DNA of 34,184 nt, taken from IMG/VR virus record IMGVR_UViG_3300037963_000465, positions 1-34,184 of that record; one strand, 5' to 3'. Source of the DNA: a virus. Its lineage: Duplodnaviria > Caudoviricetes. The notes below the pieces were generated by a model. It made no database searches. It saw only the letters and a program-made list of their open reading frames with translations, and had not been told where the DNA came from. Of this stretch, positions 23,113 to 32,898 are shown in pieces. How positions within the stretch are numbered: the stretch's first letter is position 1; each line of letters opens with the position of its first letter. The translations under genes and the position numbers were made by a program.

Positions 23113-24723
23113 TTATTTATCTTCGCCCATGTTTAAAGTACGGTCATAAATTTCAAGAAATTCCTTTAATCTTTTATTATCTCCTATTTTAAATACGTCA
23201 ATTTGATTCATAAAATTAAGTATAGATATTTGTTGATGTGGGTGCATTTGTGAAAATTCAATTTTATATCTTTCTATTTTGTTGTTTAAAAAATTTTTTG
23301 TTGATTCGCTTAGTTCTTCTTCTTTTTTAATTAAACCTAAATCATCTATTGCTGCCATTATAACAATAGGATTATCATATCCATCACTTATAAAATCAAA
23401 TGAATCTCTATAATATTTAGAATCTTTTGGATCATCTGGATTAAGTATACCAAGCTTTTCTTGAAACCCTCTACCAAAAACCGGAGTGCTTTTTGTTGCA
23501 TTATAGTATAAGTTTAATGCCCTACCTGCAATTCCCTCTGCTTGTGAATCAGTAAAACCAACATAATCATTTTTCAAACTTTCCGTAAATAAATATAAAT
23601 CTTGTCCTATTTGGTCTTTAATGTCTTGTGCTAATTTCTCATCATTACCTGCTTTTTCTTTAAGATATTCAACCATTGCTTCTCTATCTTTAGTTTGTCC
23701 TCTATTAATAAATTGTTGATAATACTGTTTTTTTAGGTTATCAGGCAACATACTAGCTTCGTGCCTAGATGTTATACGATCAGCGTTAGGATCTATATTA
23801 TACATGCCAGTAGGTTTACCATTTTGATTTTTTATAATAACTTTATTTATTTCTCTACCAGTTAAATCTTTTACTTTTACTACTTCATAAGTGTTTGTAT
23901 CATTCTTTGCAAATCTTTCAAATTTATCACCAAACATATTTTTAAGTGCATTACTTAATTCTGCTGATCTTGTAGCTCCTAAAGTTGGTGAGTGCTTTTT
24001 GTGAAAACTATCAAAGGCAGAAAATGTTCCTTGAATTTCACTAAGGTAAGGGTTTTCTGCTATTAATTTAGATAATGTTACATTTTCATTTCTACCTTTA
24101 AGTAAATTTATACCTTCACGTAATCTCCTAACTTCAATTGAAGATTCATTTCCTAATGCAGTATTTAATGCCGCCTTATAATTTTTTAAATTTTCACCAC
24201 CTGCTGCTCTTACTTTAATTGCTTGATTATATAAATTTTGTGTGTTATTAAACAAAACATTAAAGTCTTTATCGACATGCATTTTAGATAAAGTTAATAT
24301 ATCCGCAGTATTAGGATTTACTACACCTTCTTGAGCTAACATGTTTTGAATTTTTGGAGCGTATACATTAGATATATAATAATTACGCCAATATCCTTTC
24401 TCACCTAGCTTACTTTGTTTTGCTTCTTCATGTAATCTAATTTGTTCATTAGCTTGAGCTAGTATTCTATTTGCATCTGCTGTTGCTGTAAGTGTCTCCT
24501 GATCATTAAAAAACTTTAAAGACTTATTACGCAATCGTTGATCCATTGTATCTTCATACAAAACTTTACCAAAATCTTTTAGAATACCCCACATTTCTTG
24601 TCTTTGTAATTTATCGTCAAGATCTTTTTGTATCTGATTATTACGTCTTTGTATACCTTCAAATACCGCAGCGGCTTTTTTACTAGCACGAACATTTTCA
24701 GGAGCTTTTATAATTTCTGCCAT
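23113..24723 (-). CDS. Putative internal virion protein
   Basis: 536 aa helical ORF between ejection-type genes. Confidence 0.55.
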   Translation of the reverse strand: MAEIIKAPENVRASKKAAAVFEGIQRRNNQIQKDLDDKLQRQEMWGILKDFGKVLYEDTMDQRLRNKSLKFFNDQETLTATADANRILAQANEQIRLHEEAKQSKLGEKGYWRNYYISNVYAPKIQNMLAQEGVVNPNTADILTLSKMHVDKDFNVLFNNTQNLYNQAIKVRAAGGENLKNYKAALNTALGNESSIEVRRLREGINLLKGRNENVTLSKLIAENPYLSEIQGTFSAFDSFHKKHSPTLGATRSAELSNALKNMFGDKFERFAKNDTNTYEVVKVKDLTGREINKVIIKNQNGKPTGMYNIDPNADRITSRHEASMLPDNLKKQYYQQFINRGQTKDREAMVEYLKEKAGNDEKLAQDIKDQIGQDLYLFTESLKNDYVGFTDSQAEGIAGRALNLYYNATKSTPVFGRGFQEKLGILNPDDPKDSKYYRDSFDFISDGYDNPIVIMAAIDDLGLIKKEEELSESTKNFLNNKIERYKIEFSQMHPHQQISILNFMNQIDVFKIGDNKRLKEFLEIYDRTLNMGEDK

Positions 24724-24733
24724 TTTTATTTCC

Positions 24734-25303
24734 TCATTGACTTAATAAACTTTTACGTTCTGACAATAAACTTTCTATTTGTGTTTGTGGAATATTTTCA
24801 ATATCTTCAGCTACATCACTAGGTAAAATTCCTTCGGGTGCAGACTTTAAATTATTTTCCATATTTTCTAAATTAGTTGTTTCTATTTTTTTATTTAAAG
24901 ACATTCCTTGTGTTTTACTTTCAAAGTTTTCATTTGCTTCTTCATCTTCATCTATAAATACTGGATCAAGATTAATACGTTCACATAAAGCTAAAAGCAT
25001 ATAAGCTAAAGGCTCTGTTAATAATAACATTAAATTAGAATCCCATTTACCTTCTGAAAATCCAGTAAATAAAATACCTTCAACAATATCCATAAGAGGT
25101 GTACGTCTTTCAAGTAAATCTATAATTTGAATATAAGTATCATTTTCAATTAAATTACCCCATAAAAATCTAATTGCTTCGTGAACATCTGTATATTCTG
25201 GAGGACGTTCAAAAGGCATTGGATTGTTTGGATCATTAGTTAATGATTGTCCCGGTATAGGAGCTAATCCTTTTTGATTTAATTTTGCTATCTCTGGATT
25301 CAT
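24734..25303 (-). CDS. Acidic phage structural-module protein
   Basis: APIPGQSLT...PFERPPEY motif. Confidence 0.65.
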   Translation of the reverse strand: MNPEIAKLNQKGLAPIPGQSLTNDPNNPMPFERPPEYTDVHEAIRFLWGNLIENDTYIQIIDLLERRTPLMDIVEGILFTGFSEGKWDSNLMLLLTEPLAYMLLALCERINLDPVFIDEDEEANENFESKTQGMSLNKKIETTNLENMENNLKSAPEGILPSDVAEDIENIPQTQIESLLSERKSLLSQ

Positions 25304-26577
25304 TTTCTAGCCTCCGATGAAAACCTTTGCCAATCCCACCATGCTGCTGTATTACCATAAAAATTTCCATTTGCCATATTGTTTTTAAATTGCATTGCAC
25401 TAAATAATGTATCATCATATAAACTACCAACTGGAGGTTGTGTAGCATCATATTGAAACTGAGATACATTATAAGTTGGAGCTTGTGGAGTTCCAAAAAC
25501 TTGTTTATCTGCTAAATTACTTGCAAGGTTTGTTGCATAGGCTGTACCAAATTCTCCACCTTTTGTTTTTAAAAAACTAACAAATTTATCAGGATCATTA
25601 ACTGCATCTGTCATTTCTTTAAAACTTTTACTAACATGATCTTTTATTGTACTACTAAAACTTTTAGTATCTTGTTGTAATAAACTTGGTGTAGTTGTTT
25701 TACTACCCATTTGCTCACCTAAGAAATCTTCTGCCCTTTTAAAATCAACTTTAAACTTTTTAGGATCAGCTAAATCAAAACCTTGTGAAACATCATATGA
25801 ATCTATAAACTCTTTAGCAGCTTCTACATCTACTGTAGGAGCTTTACCAAATAATCCTGCACCTTCTGATGGACGCTGATACATAGTGTCTGAAAACATA
25901 CCTGTTTGTTGTTTAACTGGTAAACTATCAAGACTATCTATTTTACTTGATATATCTTGAACTGTCCCTGCTATTTCATCTCCTAATTTTGTTGTTCCCT
26001 CAACAGGTTTAAAAGGGTCGTTTATAGCACGATTAATACCTTCTTCTAATTGTGCATCAAAAGCTCTTGATTCTATAGTAGATGTAAGCGTATCTTTTGA
26101 AAATAATCCTTTAGGCCCAAACAAATCCCCTTTAACATCAGTAAACATTGTTTGTAAAGATTTACCAGCATTAGAAAAACTATAAGAACTTAAATCTTTA
26201 CCAATTAATTTACCAATTCCTAGTTTATCTCCAACAGCACCTAATGTATTTTTAATAGCTCCTGTTACGCCTTTAGTAATATTCCCTACTGCACCGCTTA
26301 ATTTTCTACCTACATTTGCTGCAACATTTAAAAATTTACCTGCTCCATTAATAATTCCAGAAGCAACACCAGTATAATTTATCATGCCTTGAGCCAGTTT
26401 AGCAAACATACCTCCGACCCCCGGCAGGAGAAACGACATAGCTAGTTGACCAAAAACACCAATTTTACCCATAAATTTACCAAAAGATTTTACAGCTTTA
26501 CGAATACGTCTACCTACACTTCTAACAAACCTAGATATAGGTTTAAAAGCTTTTTTAATAAATGATCCTATTCCCAT
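25300..26577 (-). CDS. Putative membrane-active ejection protein
   Basis: Basic amphipathic start MGIGSFIKKAFKPISRFVRSVGRRIRKAVK followed by a Gly-rich hydrophobic segment. Confidence 0.6.
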   Translation of the reverse strand: MGIGSFIKKAFKPISRFVRSVGRRIRKAVKSFGKFMGKIGVFGQLAMSFLLPGVGGMFAKLAQGMINYTGVASGIINGAGKFLNVAANVGRKLSGAVGNITKGVTGAIKNTLGAVGDKLGIGKLIGKDLSSYSFSNAGKSLQTMFTDVKGDLFGPKGLFSKDTLTSTIESRAFDAQLEEGINRAINDPFKPVEGTTKLGDEIAGTVQDISSKIDSLDSLPVKQQTGMFSDTMYQRPSEGAGLFGKAPTVDVEAAKEFIDSYDVSQGFDLADPKKFKVDFKRAEDFLGEQMGSKTTTPSLLQQDTKSFSSTIKDHVSKSFKEMTDAVNDPDKFVSFLKTKGGEFGTAYATNLASNLADKQVFGTPQAPTYNVSQFQYDATQPPVGSLYDDTLFSAMQFKNNMANGNFYGNTAAWWDWQRFSSEARK

Positions 26578-26586
26578 TTGTTTCTC

Positions 26587-29500
26587 CTAAGTTACATTTA
26601 CTACAGTTTGAGTTTGGTCTAAACCAACTGCTGTTTTAATTGCTGAAATCATACTACCAATATGATTACTTTTACCTTTTTCTCCTGCTGCTGCTTCATT
26701 ACCAATTGCTGCAATGTACAACTGTGTTTGTCTTGTTTCATCGTTTTCATAAGACTGTCTAATATAAGCAGCTTCATCACGCAACTGTTGATACATAAAA
26801 GCTTGTTCTGATGCTGACATTGCAAAAGCATTTTGAACATTAATCCTATTAGATTCATTTTGTGCAGCCGTATCTGCTAATGATGAATTACGTAAATAAT
26901 TTAAATACGCTTGTTCAATTTGTACTGCATTTTGCATGTTAAATTGATAACGTTGATCTTCACGTTGTCGATTAAATATATCAACTTGTTTAGCCATTTC
27001 TGCATTTGTTACAGCAACTTGTATTTCTTGTCCTGCAACCCTTGCATCTTGTTGTTCAGTTAATTGCTCATTAAATTGTTTCATTTGATTTATTGACTGT
27101 GCATTAAATTGACTTGTTTGTTGAGCTAGTTGTGTCATAAACTGATTAATTTGATTTTCACTGGTAGCATTAAATTGTCGTGCTGCATTTTGTGCAGCAA
27201 CATCAGAAAGTAATACTTGTTGTTGTTGTTGACCTGTAAGCATTGCAGCTTGTTGATCATTATTTAAATTTGCCATATCCATTTGTAAAAAAGCCGCAGC
27301 ATTTTGTGCTTGTAGTTTTGTATTACCAGTTAACGTAGCCACATCTAAACTTGCCATTGCTGTAGCATTTTGCATTGTTGCTTGTTGTTCAGCACTAAAA
27401 TCTGCAAGTGTAGCAGACTGCATAAATTTACTATTTGCTAATTCTACTTGTTGTTCCACAGTAAACTTAGTTAAATCTATATTTGCAACTGTAGCAGCAT
27501 TTTTTACGGCTCTTTGTTGATCTACATTTAATTGCGCTAAGTTCATTTGTTGTGCAATTTGAGCAGATACCGTATTTACTTGCATTGTTTTATTAAGGTT
27601 TGCAAGTTCTGTTTGTTGTGCAACATTAAGATTATCTGCACTAGCTTGATTTAATGCTGTTAAGTTTGCTAATCGCATTTGTTGTTCATTAGAAAGATTA
27701 GCTACTTCCATTTGTTGTTTAAAACCAGCGTTCTTAGCTAAGAAATCCGCTGCAACCTGCATCTCAGTTAAACGTCTTTGGTTTTCTGCCGTAACATTTT
27801 CACGTTCTGTAGTACTTTGTAATTGTAATTCAGCAAGCTCTACTTGTTGTTCATTACCTAGTTCTTGTGCATTAATAGCTTGTTGATTCTGAGCATTAAG
27901 TGTAGCAGTTTGTTGTTGGTTTTGAAGATTTTGAAGTCTTGCTACTTGTTCTCTTTCAGCAGAAGTTAATAATGCTTGTTGACTAAATTGACTTTGAAGC
28001 GTTGCCATGTTTTGTGCAAACTGTGCAGTCTGAGAAGATGCTGTTTGCCTATTAGAAAGATTAGCCATGCGTATTTGCATATCAGCAGTTGTCTGTGCAA
28101 GATTAGCTTGTTGCTGATTAGAAAGATTTTGTGCTGCTCTTGCTTGTAATGCTTGTGCATTAGATTGAGCAATTGGCATAGCACTTTGTATAATAGCATT
28201 AAAAAGAGAATCCCTTCCAACACTTGAAACATTTAACCCACGTTGCGCTAAATTGTTTTCAACAAGCTCTACAGCTGGTCTAGCCCATATAGGTACTTCT
28301 CCAGTATCCATACCAGCAAGAAGATTTTCCATTTGAGAAGATACTAAAGCTTCAGTCGGTAATGCTGCTATAGCTGCTTGTACCTCTACTGGTTGTGTAT
28401 CTACCATTTCTTCAACAACAACAGGATCTTCAACAATTATAGATGTTAAATTTTCTGGTATGTTTCCAACTTGAGCAAGCATTTCTGCTGCTGCACCTTT
28501 AGCTGCTTCACCTGTAAAATTTCTAGCTTGTGCTGCATCATAACCAACAGCACTTATTATCTGTGCTGCTTGTCCTTCATCAGCTATTCCAGTTAATGCT
28601 TGTCGTTGTTGTCTTTCTGCATTAGGAGTAGCAGCTAATTCAATAGTTGCTCCAGTAACTTTATCAATCATAGCATTAGTTGAAAGATCAAAATCTACTG
28701 TTTGTGCTAGTGCTGCTTTTTCATCAAGATTTTTTCTAGTAGCTGCAATAGCTTCTTGTGTTAAACCTTGATTTTGAATAGCAGATTGAATTGCACCTTC
28801 ACTTAATTCACCTTTAGCTGCTGAAATTGCTAATGGAGAATTAGCCTGTGCAGCATCTATTTTTGCTACACCCATCCTTCTCGCTTGTGCCTGAGAAACA
28901 CCAGTAATTCTTTGTGCCCTTTGACCGATATTTGGTGTAGCTTGTGGAGCAGTTATACGATCACTATCTGTTAAATAATTACCACTTATCCAATTTATAG
29001 CTTGACCTCTAGGATCACCACGTAATCCATATTGATCTCCAATAGATTCTCTATCAACTTTTTCTGCAACCATTGTTGGGGCTGTTGTATATTCAGGTGT
29101 TTGAATAGGCTGTCTTGGCCCAAAACCTGTATCACCAGTAATAACTGTTTGATTTTGTTTTGCGTCAGCATTTAGTGCTTCAGCTTCAGCCATTAAACGA
29201 GGGAACCATTCCATTTGAGCATCAGTCGCAGCTTTCCAATTATAATTATTATATTTTAATTCTGGATTACCTGTTGTTGGATTATATCGTCCTTGGACAA
29301 CCATATCCTTTCCTTCAGCTGTTGTATATGCTTTTCTAAATACTAAAACATTTTGTGTTGTAGTTGCAGTAAGTGTAGGTTGTGGTTTAGTCATATTAAA
29401 AAATCTTGATTGTCGTTGTGATCTTTCTGTAGTTATATCAGGATCAGTTTCTTCATCAATTTGATTTTCAGGAACCTCATCAAATGTTTCTTCTTCTTCT

Positions 29501-30342
29501 TCTTTTTCTTTAGAAGGTTTAAAAGGTGGTATATATGTTGATGTACCATCTGGTTTTGTTTCTCTAACGCCACCTTCAGCCGTATATTCACTTAGTAAAC
29601 CATCGTCTGTTGTTACAGACATAGTAGTTCGCATAGGATCAGGATCAGTTGCTGCTGCTTCTCTTGCAGCTATTTGAGCTTGTCTTGCGTCTTGTAGTTC
29701 TGTAACAAAAGCTTCTGCTTCTTCTTGTGTATTAAAAACAGATTGATCACCGGGAAACCCACCAAGAAATCTACCATCATCTAGTTTTCTTACATATTCA
29801 AATGTTCCGGGTGTTGAACCAGCAGCATCAAAAGTTTTTGTTTGTTTTGCAACAGGTGTTCTAGGCGGTATTTGATCACTTCTGTCAGTTGTTTTTGTTT
29901 TTTGTTGTGCTGCTACAGGAGATTGTTCTGCTACAGGTGCTACAGGTGGTCTTCTAACTGAAACAGGAGTTTGAGCTACAGGTTCTTTTCTAGGTCGTGT
30001 AACTACAGTTTGTGGTGTAGTAGCTACAGGTTTTGGACGCAACACCCCACCAGTTTCATCTGGAACTTCAGGCTTTGGTTGTGGTTTTCTAGGTTTAGGT
30101 GGTGCAGTAACCGTTGGTCTAACAGGCGGTTGTACTGGAGCAGTAGGAGTAAAAGTTGGGGGCGTAAAAGTTCCTCTAGTTCCAGTAAAACCAGATGTAG
30201 GAATATTTGGTCGCACAGGTGTAACAGGTGCAGACACAGGTTTTTTATTTTCTGCTGCTACTTTTTGTTGTGCTTGTTCTCTTGCTCTTTTTATTGCCGC
30301 AGCCGATGCTCTACCGCCTCTTTGTGATTTTTTTCTAGCCAT
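26587..30342 (-). CDS. Q/N/A-rich coiled-coil DNA-delivery protein with Pro/Thr-rich N-terminus
   Basis: Repeated ANLSNxQQ-type units with ~11-residue spacing in the C-terminal half. Confidence 0.65.
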   Translation of the reverse strand: MARKKSQRGGRASAAAIKRAREQAQQKVAAENKKPVSAPVTPVRPNIPTSGFTGTRGTFTPPTFTPTAPVQPPVRPTVTAPPKPRKPQPKPEVPDETGGVLRPKPVATTPQTVVTRPRKEPVAQTPVSVRRPPVAPVAEQSPVAAQQKTKTTDRSDQIPPRTPVAKQTKTFDAAGSTPGTFEYVRKLDDGRFLGGFPGDQSVFNTQEEAEAFVTELQDARQAQIAAREAAATDPDPMRTTMSVTTDDGLLSEYTAEGGVRETKPDGTSTYIPPFKPSKEKEEEEETFDEVPENQIDEETDPDITTERSQRQSRFFNMTKPQPTLTATTTQNVLVFRKAYTTAEGKDMVVQGRYNPTTGNPELKYNNYNWKAATDAQMEWFPRLMAEAEALNADAKQNQTVITGDTGFGPRQPIQTPEYTTAPTMVAEKVDRESIGDQYGLRGDPRGQAINWISGNYLTDSDRITAPQATPNIGQRAQRITGVSQAQARRMGVAKIDAAQANSPLAISAAKGELSEGAIQSAIQNQGLTQEAIAATRKNLDEKAALAQTVDFDLSTNAMIDKVTGATIELAATPNAERQQRQALTGIADEGQAAQIISAVGYDAAQARNFTGEAAKGAAAEMLAQVGNIPENLTSIIVEDPVVVEEMVDTQPVEVQAAIAALPTEALVSSQMENLLAGMDTGEVPIWARPAVELVENNLAQRGLNVSSVGRDSLFNAIIQSAMPIAQSNAQALQARAAQNLSNQQQANLAQTTADMQIRMANLSNRQTASSQTAQFAQNMATLQSQFSQQALLTSAEREQVARLQNLQNQQQTATLNAQNQQAINAQELGNEQQVELAELQLQSTTERENVTAENQRRLTEMQVAADFLAKNAGFKQQMEVANLSNEQQMRLANLTALNQASADNLNVAQQTELANLNKTMQVNTVSAQIAQQMNLAQLNVDQQRAVKNAATVANIDLTKFTVEQQVELANSKFMQSATLADFSAEQQATMQNATAMASLDVATLTGNTKLQAQNAAAFLQMDMANLNNDQQAAMLTGQQQQQVLLSDVAAQNAARQFNATSENQINQFMTQLAQQTSQFNAQSINQMKQFNEQLTEQQDARVAGQEIQVAVTNAEMAKQVDIFNRQREDQRYQFNMQNAVQIEQAYLNYLRNSSLADTAAQNESNRINVQNAFAMSASEQAFMYQQLRDEAAYIRQSYENDETRQTQLYIAAIGNEAAAGEKGKSNHIGSMISAIKTAVGLDQTQTVVNVT

Positions 30343-30353
30343 TTATATTTCCT

Positions 30354-30719
30354 CTAATACGACCAAATAGCAGGTGATGGATAATCCTCTGCCATATCTA
30401 AATGAATAAATCTTCCTGTTCCTTTTTGATTTACACCTATACGATGTATGCCATGCTCTAATGCTTTTTTTATTACTGTTAAAGCTTTAGCTCCACTAAC
30501 TCCTATATCAATTGCCTTACCTGTTGTATGTGCTCCCGGCCCTTTAGATTTCATTAGTTCTATTGGATGTTCTGGACATCTATAACCTGATGTTACAGGA
30601 AATGGAAAGTCACAGTCTTCTCTAAGAGCATTTAAAACTTTTAAAAAATCTTTATCAAACTTTTCTTTACCACAATGTTGACAAGATAATTCATCTGCTG
30701 TAAAATATTTACTTACCAT
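30354..30719 (-). CDS. Peptidase M15A endolysin
   Basis: YFTADELSCQHCG, VTSGYRC, AHTTGKAIDI, FIHLD. Confidence 0.92.
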   Translation of the reverse strand: MVSKYFTADELSCQHCGKEKFDKDFLKVLNALREDCDFPFPVTSGYRCPEHPIELMKSKGPGAHTTGKAIDIGVSGAKALTVIKKALEHGIHRIGVNQKGTGRFIHLDMAEDYPSPAIWSY

Positions 30720-30805
30720 TTTACTTTATGTGACCAATATCTTGCTGATAACTTTGATGGTTTAGCATCTTGAGCATTGTGTCTAGCATAATCATCACGT
30801 ATCAT
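30713..30805 (-). pseudogene. 30-aa remnant resembling the C-terminus of a basic phage protein family (..ARH..SARYWS.KVKW)
   Basis: MIRDDYARHNAQDAKPSKLSARYWSHKVKW; overlaps both neighbouring genes. Confidence 0.5.
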
Positions 30806-31050
30806 GTTATTTTCCTATATCTTCTAGTTTTTTGTGCAATTCGTTTAGGTTGTTTAGAATGCTGCTTGCCTTTTTTTGTATCTTCTCTTTTCTTTCTAGT
30901 TGTAGCTGCATATTCTTTACTTGACATTGAATCAATAGCTTTCTTTGGTAAATAACGCTCTCCAGTTTTAGCACTAGGCTTACCAGACTTTGTACGCCAA
31001 TTTTGTTTTGTCCAAGATTTAAGACTTCTTTGACTTTTTTTGAGTGCCAT
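30802..31050 (-). CDS. Basic protein resembling the C-terminal half of DUF5872
   Basis: QRSLKSWTKQNWRTKSG...RYLPKKAI...GKQHS. Confidence 0.7.
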   Translation of the reverse strand: MALKKSQRSLKSWTKQNWRTKSGKPSAKTGERYLPKKAIDSMSSKEYAATTRKKREDTKKGKQHSKQPKRIAQKTRRYRKIT

Positions 31051-31327
31051 GTTTTCTCCTAATAGCTTCCTTGCCTTTTTTAGCTATAGCAGCTTGTTGT
31101 GATTTACCTGCTACTTTAGCTCTTTGTTCTAATACTGTAAGTATTTGTATTTTTCTAGCAAAAGGTTTATTTACATTTTTTACTTTTTTAACTGTATCTC
31201 TTGCATCTTGTACAGTAGCATATTTTATACGTACTGTATCTTTAGGATTTTCATCGGTATATAAACGTCTTCCTGATCCTTTAGGTTTTTTACCTGTACC
31301 AACTTTAGGATCTTTTTTTCTTGTCAT
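31019..31327 (-). CDS. Basic hypothetical protein (likely start MTRKKDPK at 31327)
   Basis: GTGKKPKGSGRRLYTDENPKDTV. Confidence 0.75.
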   Translation of the reverse strand: MTRKKDPKVGTGKKPKGSGRRLYTDENPKDTVRIKYATVQDARDTVKKVKNVNKPFARKIQILTVLEQRAKVAGKSQQAAIAKKGKEAIRRKHGTQKKSKKS

Positions 31328-31469
31328 TTGTATGAACCTTTTGAACTGCAAAATTTGCTTCAAGACTTGCACCTTTATGTTTTACAAACTTACCTTTATG
31401 TTTCATAAGTTTTAAAGAACCATCTTCTTGTTTCATCCAATGAAAACCTTTTGGAGCTTTTACTTTCAT
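31305..31469 (-). CDS. 54-aa basic protein (not in track)
   Basis: GGAGG SD, ATGA overlap; MKVKAPKGFHWMKQEDGSLKLMKHKGKFVKHKGASLEANFAVQKVH... Confidence 0.75.
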   Translation of the reverse strand: MKVKAPKGFHWMKQEDGSLKLMKHKGKFVKHKGASLEANFAVQKVHTNDKKKRS

Positions 31470-31654
31470 TTATAACCTCCTCCTGCTGCTTTATATTGTT
31501 TGGCTAACATCTGTGCTTTACGTGCTGACCATTGACCGGGCTTACCACCTTTAGAACCAGCTTTAATTTTATTAAATAATCTTTTACGCATTGTAGGTTT
31601 AGTATAATTACCTGCTTTATTTACTGTAGATTTTTTCTTTTTCTTTGCTGTCAT
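31466..31654 (-). CDS. Basic protein resembling the N-terminal half of DUF5872
   Basis: YTKPTMRKRLF..IKAGSKGGKPGQWSARKAQMLAKQYKAAGGGY. Confidence 0.75.
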   Translation of the reverse strand: MTAKKKKKSTVNKAGNYTKPTMRKRLFNKIKAGSKGGKPGQWSARKAQMLAKQYKAAGGGYK

Positions 31655-31851
31655 TCTTGTTTTCCTTTACCTAAAAATAATCCAAACACGGCTGTCATTG
31701 CTCCAGTGCATACAGAAACTAAACCAGCTTGTTCAATTGTTGGAGCTTCTAAAGTTGTGAACCAATGTATAACATCCCAACAAGCAAGAGCCATCATTAA
31801 TACTAATAGTCGTGGAACTATACGCCACTTGTCAAATTCTTCAGGACTCAT
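31651..31851 (-). CDS. Two-TM holin-like protein
   Basis: DKWRIVPRLL plus two hydrophobic helices. Confidence 0.6.
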   Translation of the reverse strand: MSPEEFDKWRIVPRLLVLMMALACWDVIHWFTTLEAPTIEQAGLVSVCTGAMTAVFGLFLGKGKQE

Positions 31852-32225
31852 TTTCGCATCTTCATTAATTTGTCTGCACCTCTAATACCAAATGACGCAC
31901 TGACCGCAATAAAAAGGAGATACGAATACCATTCAGGGAGGTTAGATAAAGCATCAAACGATGCATGAACCCTATCTAACACAGCAGGATCATTAAACGC
32001 AACTGCATAACCTACCATAAAAATGGGAACGGCTAACACAATTGTCCAAAACTCGTCTTTCCAACTAGACCCTGATGCCGCAGCCATCTTAGCTTCCCAA
32101 TCTGCATCGTTCTGAATTATCTGCATTTGAGCTTGATGCTTGGCTTGTCCTTGCTCATGTTTATTTTTCATCCATGTTCCAGCAAGGTTTGCTACTGGCC
32201 CTACAATTGCGCTAAATATATTCAT
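31848..32225 (-). CDS. Holin-like membrane protein (GTA 3TM holin-like)
   Basis: SWKDEFWTIVL, LPEWY, ASFGIRG. Confidence 0.7.
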   Translation of the reverse strand: MNIFSAIVGPVANLAGTWMKNKHEQGQAKHQAQMQIIQNDADWEAKMAAASGSSWKDEFWTIVLAVPIFMVGYAVAFNDPAVLDRVHASFDALSNLPEWYSYLLFIAVSASFGIRGADKLMKMRK

Positions 32226-32601
32226 GGTTTTTTTCCTTATAATCTTTTATAGCAGCTTTTATTGCATCTTCAGCTAAGACTGAACAATGTATTTTTACTG
32301 GTGGTAAAGCAAGTTCCTTGGCGATGTCTGTATTTTTAATTTTGATTGCGTCATCCAAAGACCTCCTTTTAACCCATTCTGTGAGAAGACTAGAACTAGC
32401 AATAGCAGAACCACAACCATATGTTTTAAACTTTGCATCTTCAATAATTCCATTACTATCTATTTGTATTTGTAGTTGCATTACATCGCCACAAGCAGGT
32501 GCGCCAACCATTCCTGTTCCAACCTTTTTGCTGTTTTTATCTAAACGTCCTACATTTCTAGGATTGTTATAATGATCCATTACTTGTTCACTATATGCCA
32601 T
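32212..32601 (-). CDS. iscU: Fe-S cluster scaffold IscU (auxiliary metabolic gene)
   Basis: MAYSEQVMDHYNNPRNVG, GAPACGDVM, FKTYGCGSAIASSS, LPPVKIHCSVLAEDA. Confidence 0.97.
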   Translation of the reverse strand: MAYSEQVMDHYNNPRNVGRLDKNSKKVGTGMVGAPACGDVMQLQIQIDSNGIIEDAKFKTYGCGSAIASSSLLTEWVKRRSLDDAIKIKNTDIAKELALPPVKIHCSVLAEDAIKAAIKDYKEKNHEYI

Positions 32602-32602
32602 A

Positions 32603-32788
32603 TTAATCCCTAAATGTTGTTGTTTGTGCAACCAATACAGGTTTGCAATATCCAGTTACTTTAGCTTCGTTATCTTCTATTCTATCTGCAAAATATCGAC
32701 ATCTATTTATATCTCTAAAATGCATACCGTTAGTTTTTATTTCTTCTCCTTCTATAATTACTATTAGAAGGAATGCCATTATTCTCAT
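32603..32788 (-). CDS. Small protein with hydrophobic N-terminus and two Cys
   Basis: MAFLLIVII...RC...YCKP. Confidence 0.7.
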   Translation of the reverse strand: MRIMAFLLIVIIEGEEIKTNGMHFRDINRCRYFADRIEDNEAKVTGYCKPVLVAQTTTFRD

Positions 32789-32898
32789 TTATATACCAAC
32801 AAAGCTAATAAATAAATAACTACTGCTAATTCAATTGCTAGTATTGTATGATATACTGTCCAGATTATTGGATACTGTTTACTATTTTTTAACTTCAT
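32785..32898 (-). CDS. 37-aa single-TM peptide (not in track)
   Basis: MKLKNSKQYPIIWTVYHTILAIELAVVIYLLALLVYK; ATGA overlaps at both ends. Confidence 0.7.
   Translation of the reverse strand: MKLKNSKQYPIIWTVYHTILAIELAVVIYLLALLVYK

Noticed and set aside
25236-28232. +1-frame ORFs in virion genes (25236-25496, 26649-26858, 27966-28232)
   Set aside because: Explained by Q/A/N-rich low-complexity coding; no convincing SD or bounded codon shift seen.
29971-32572. + strand ORFs opposite late genes
   Set aside because: Antisense to well-supported genes.
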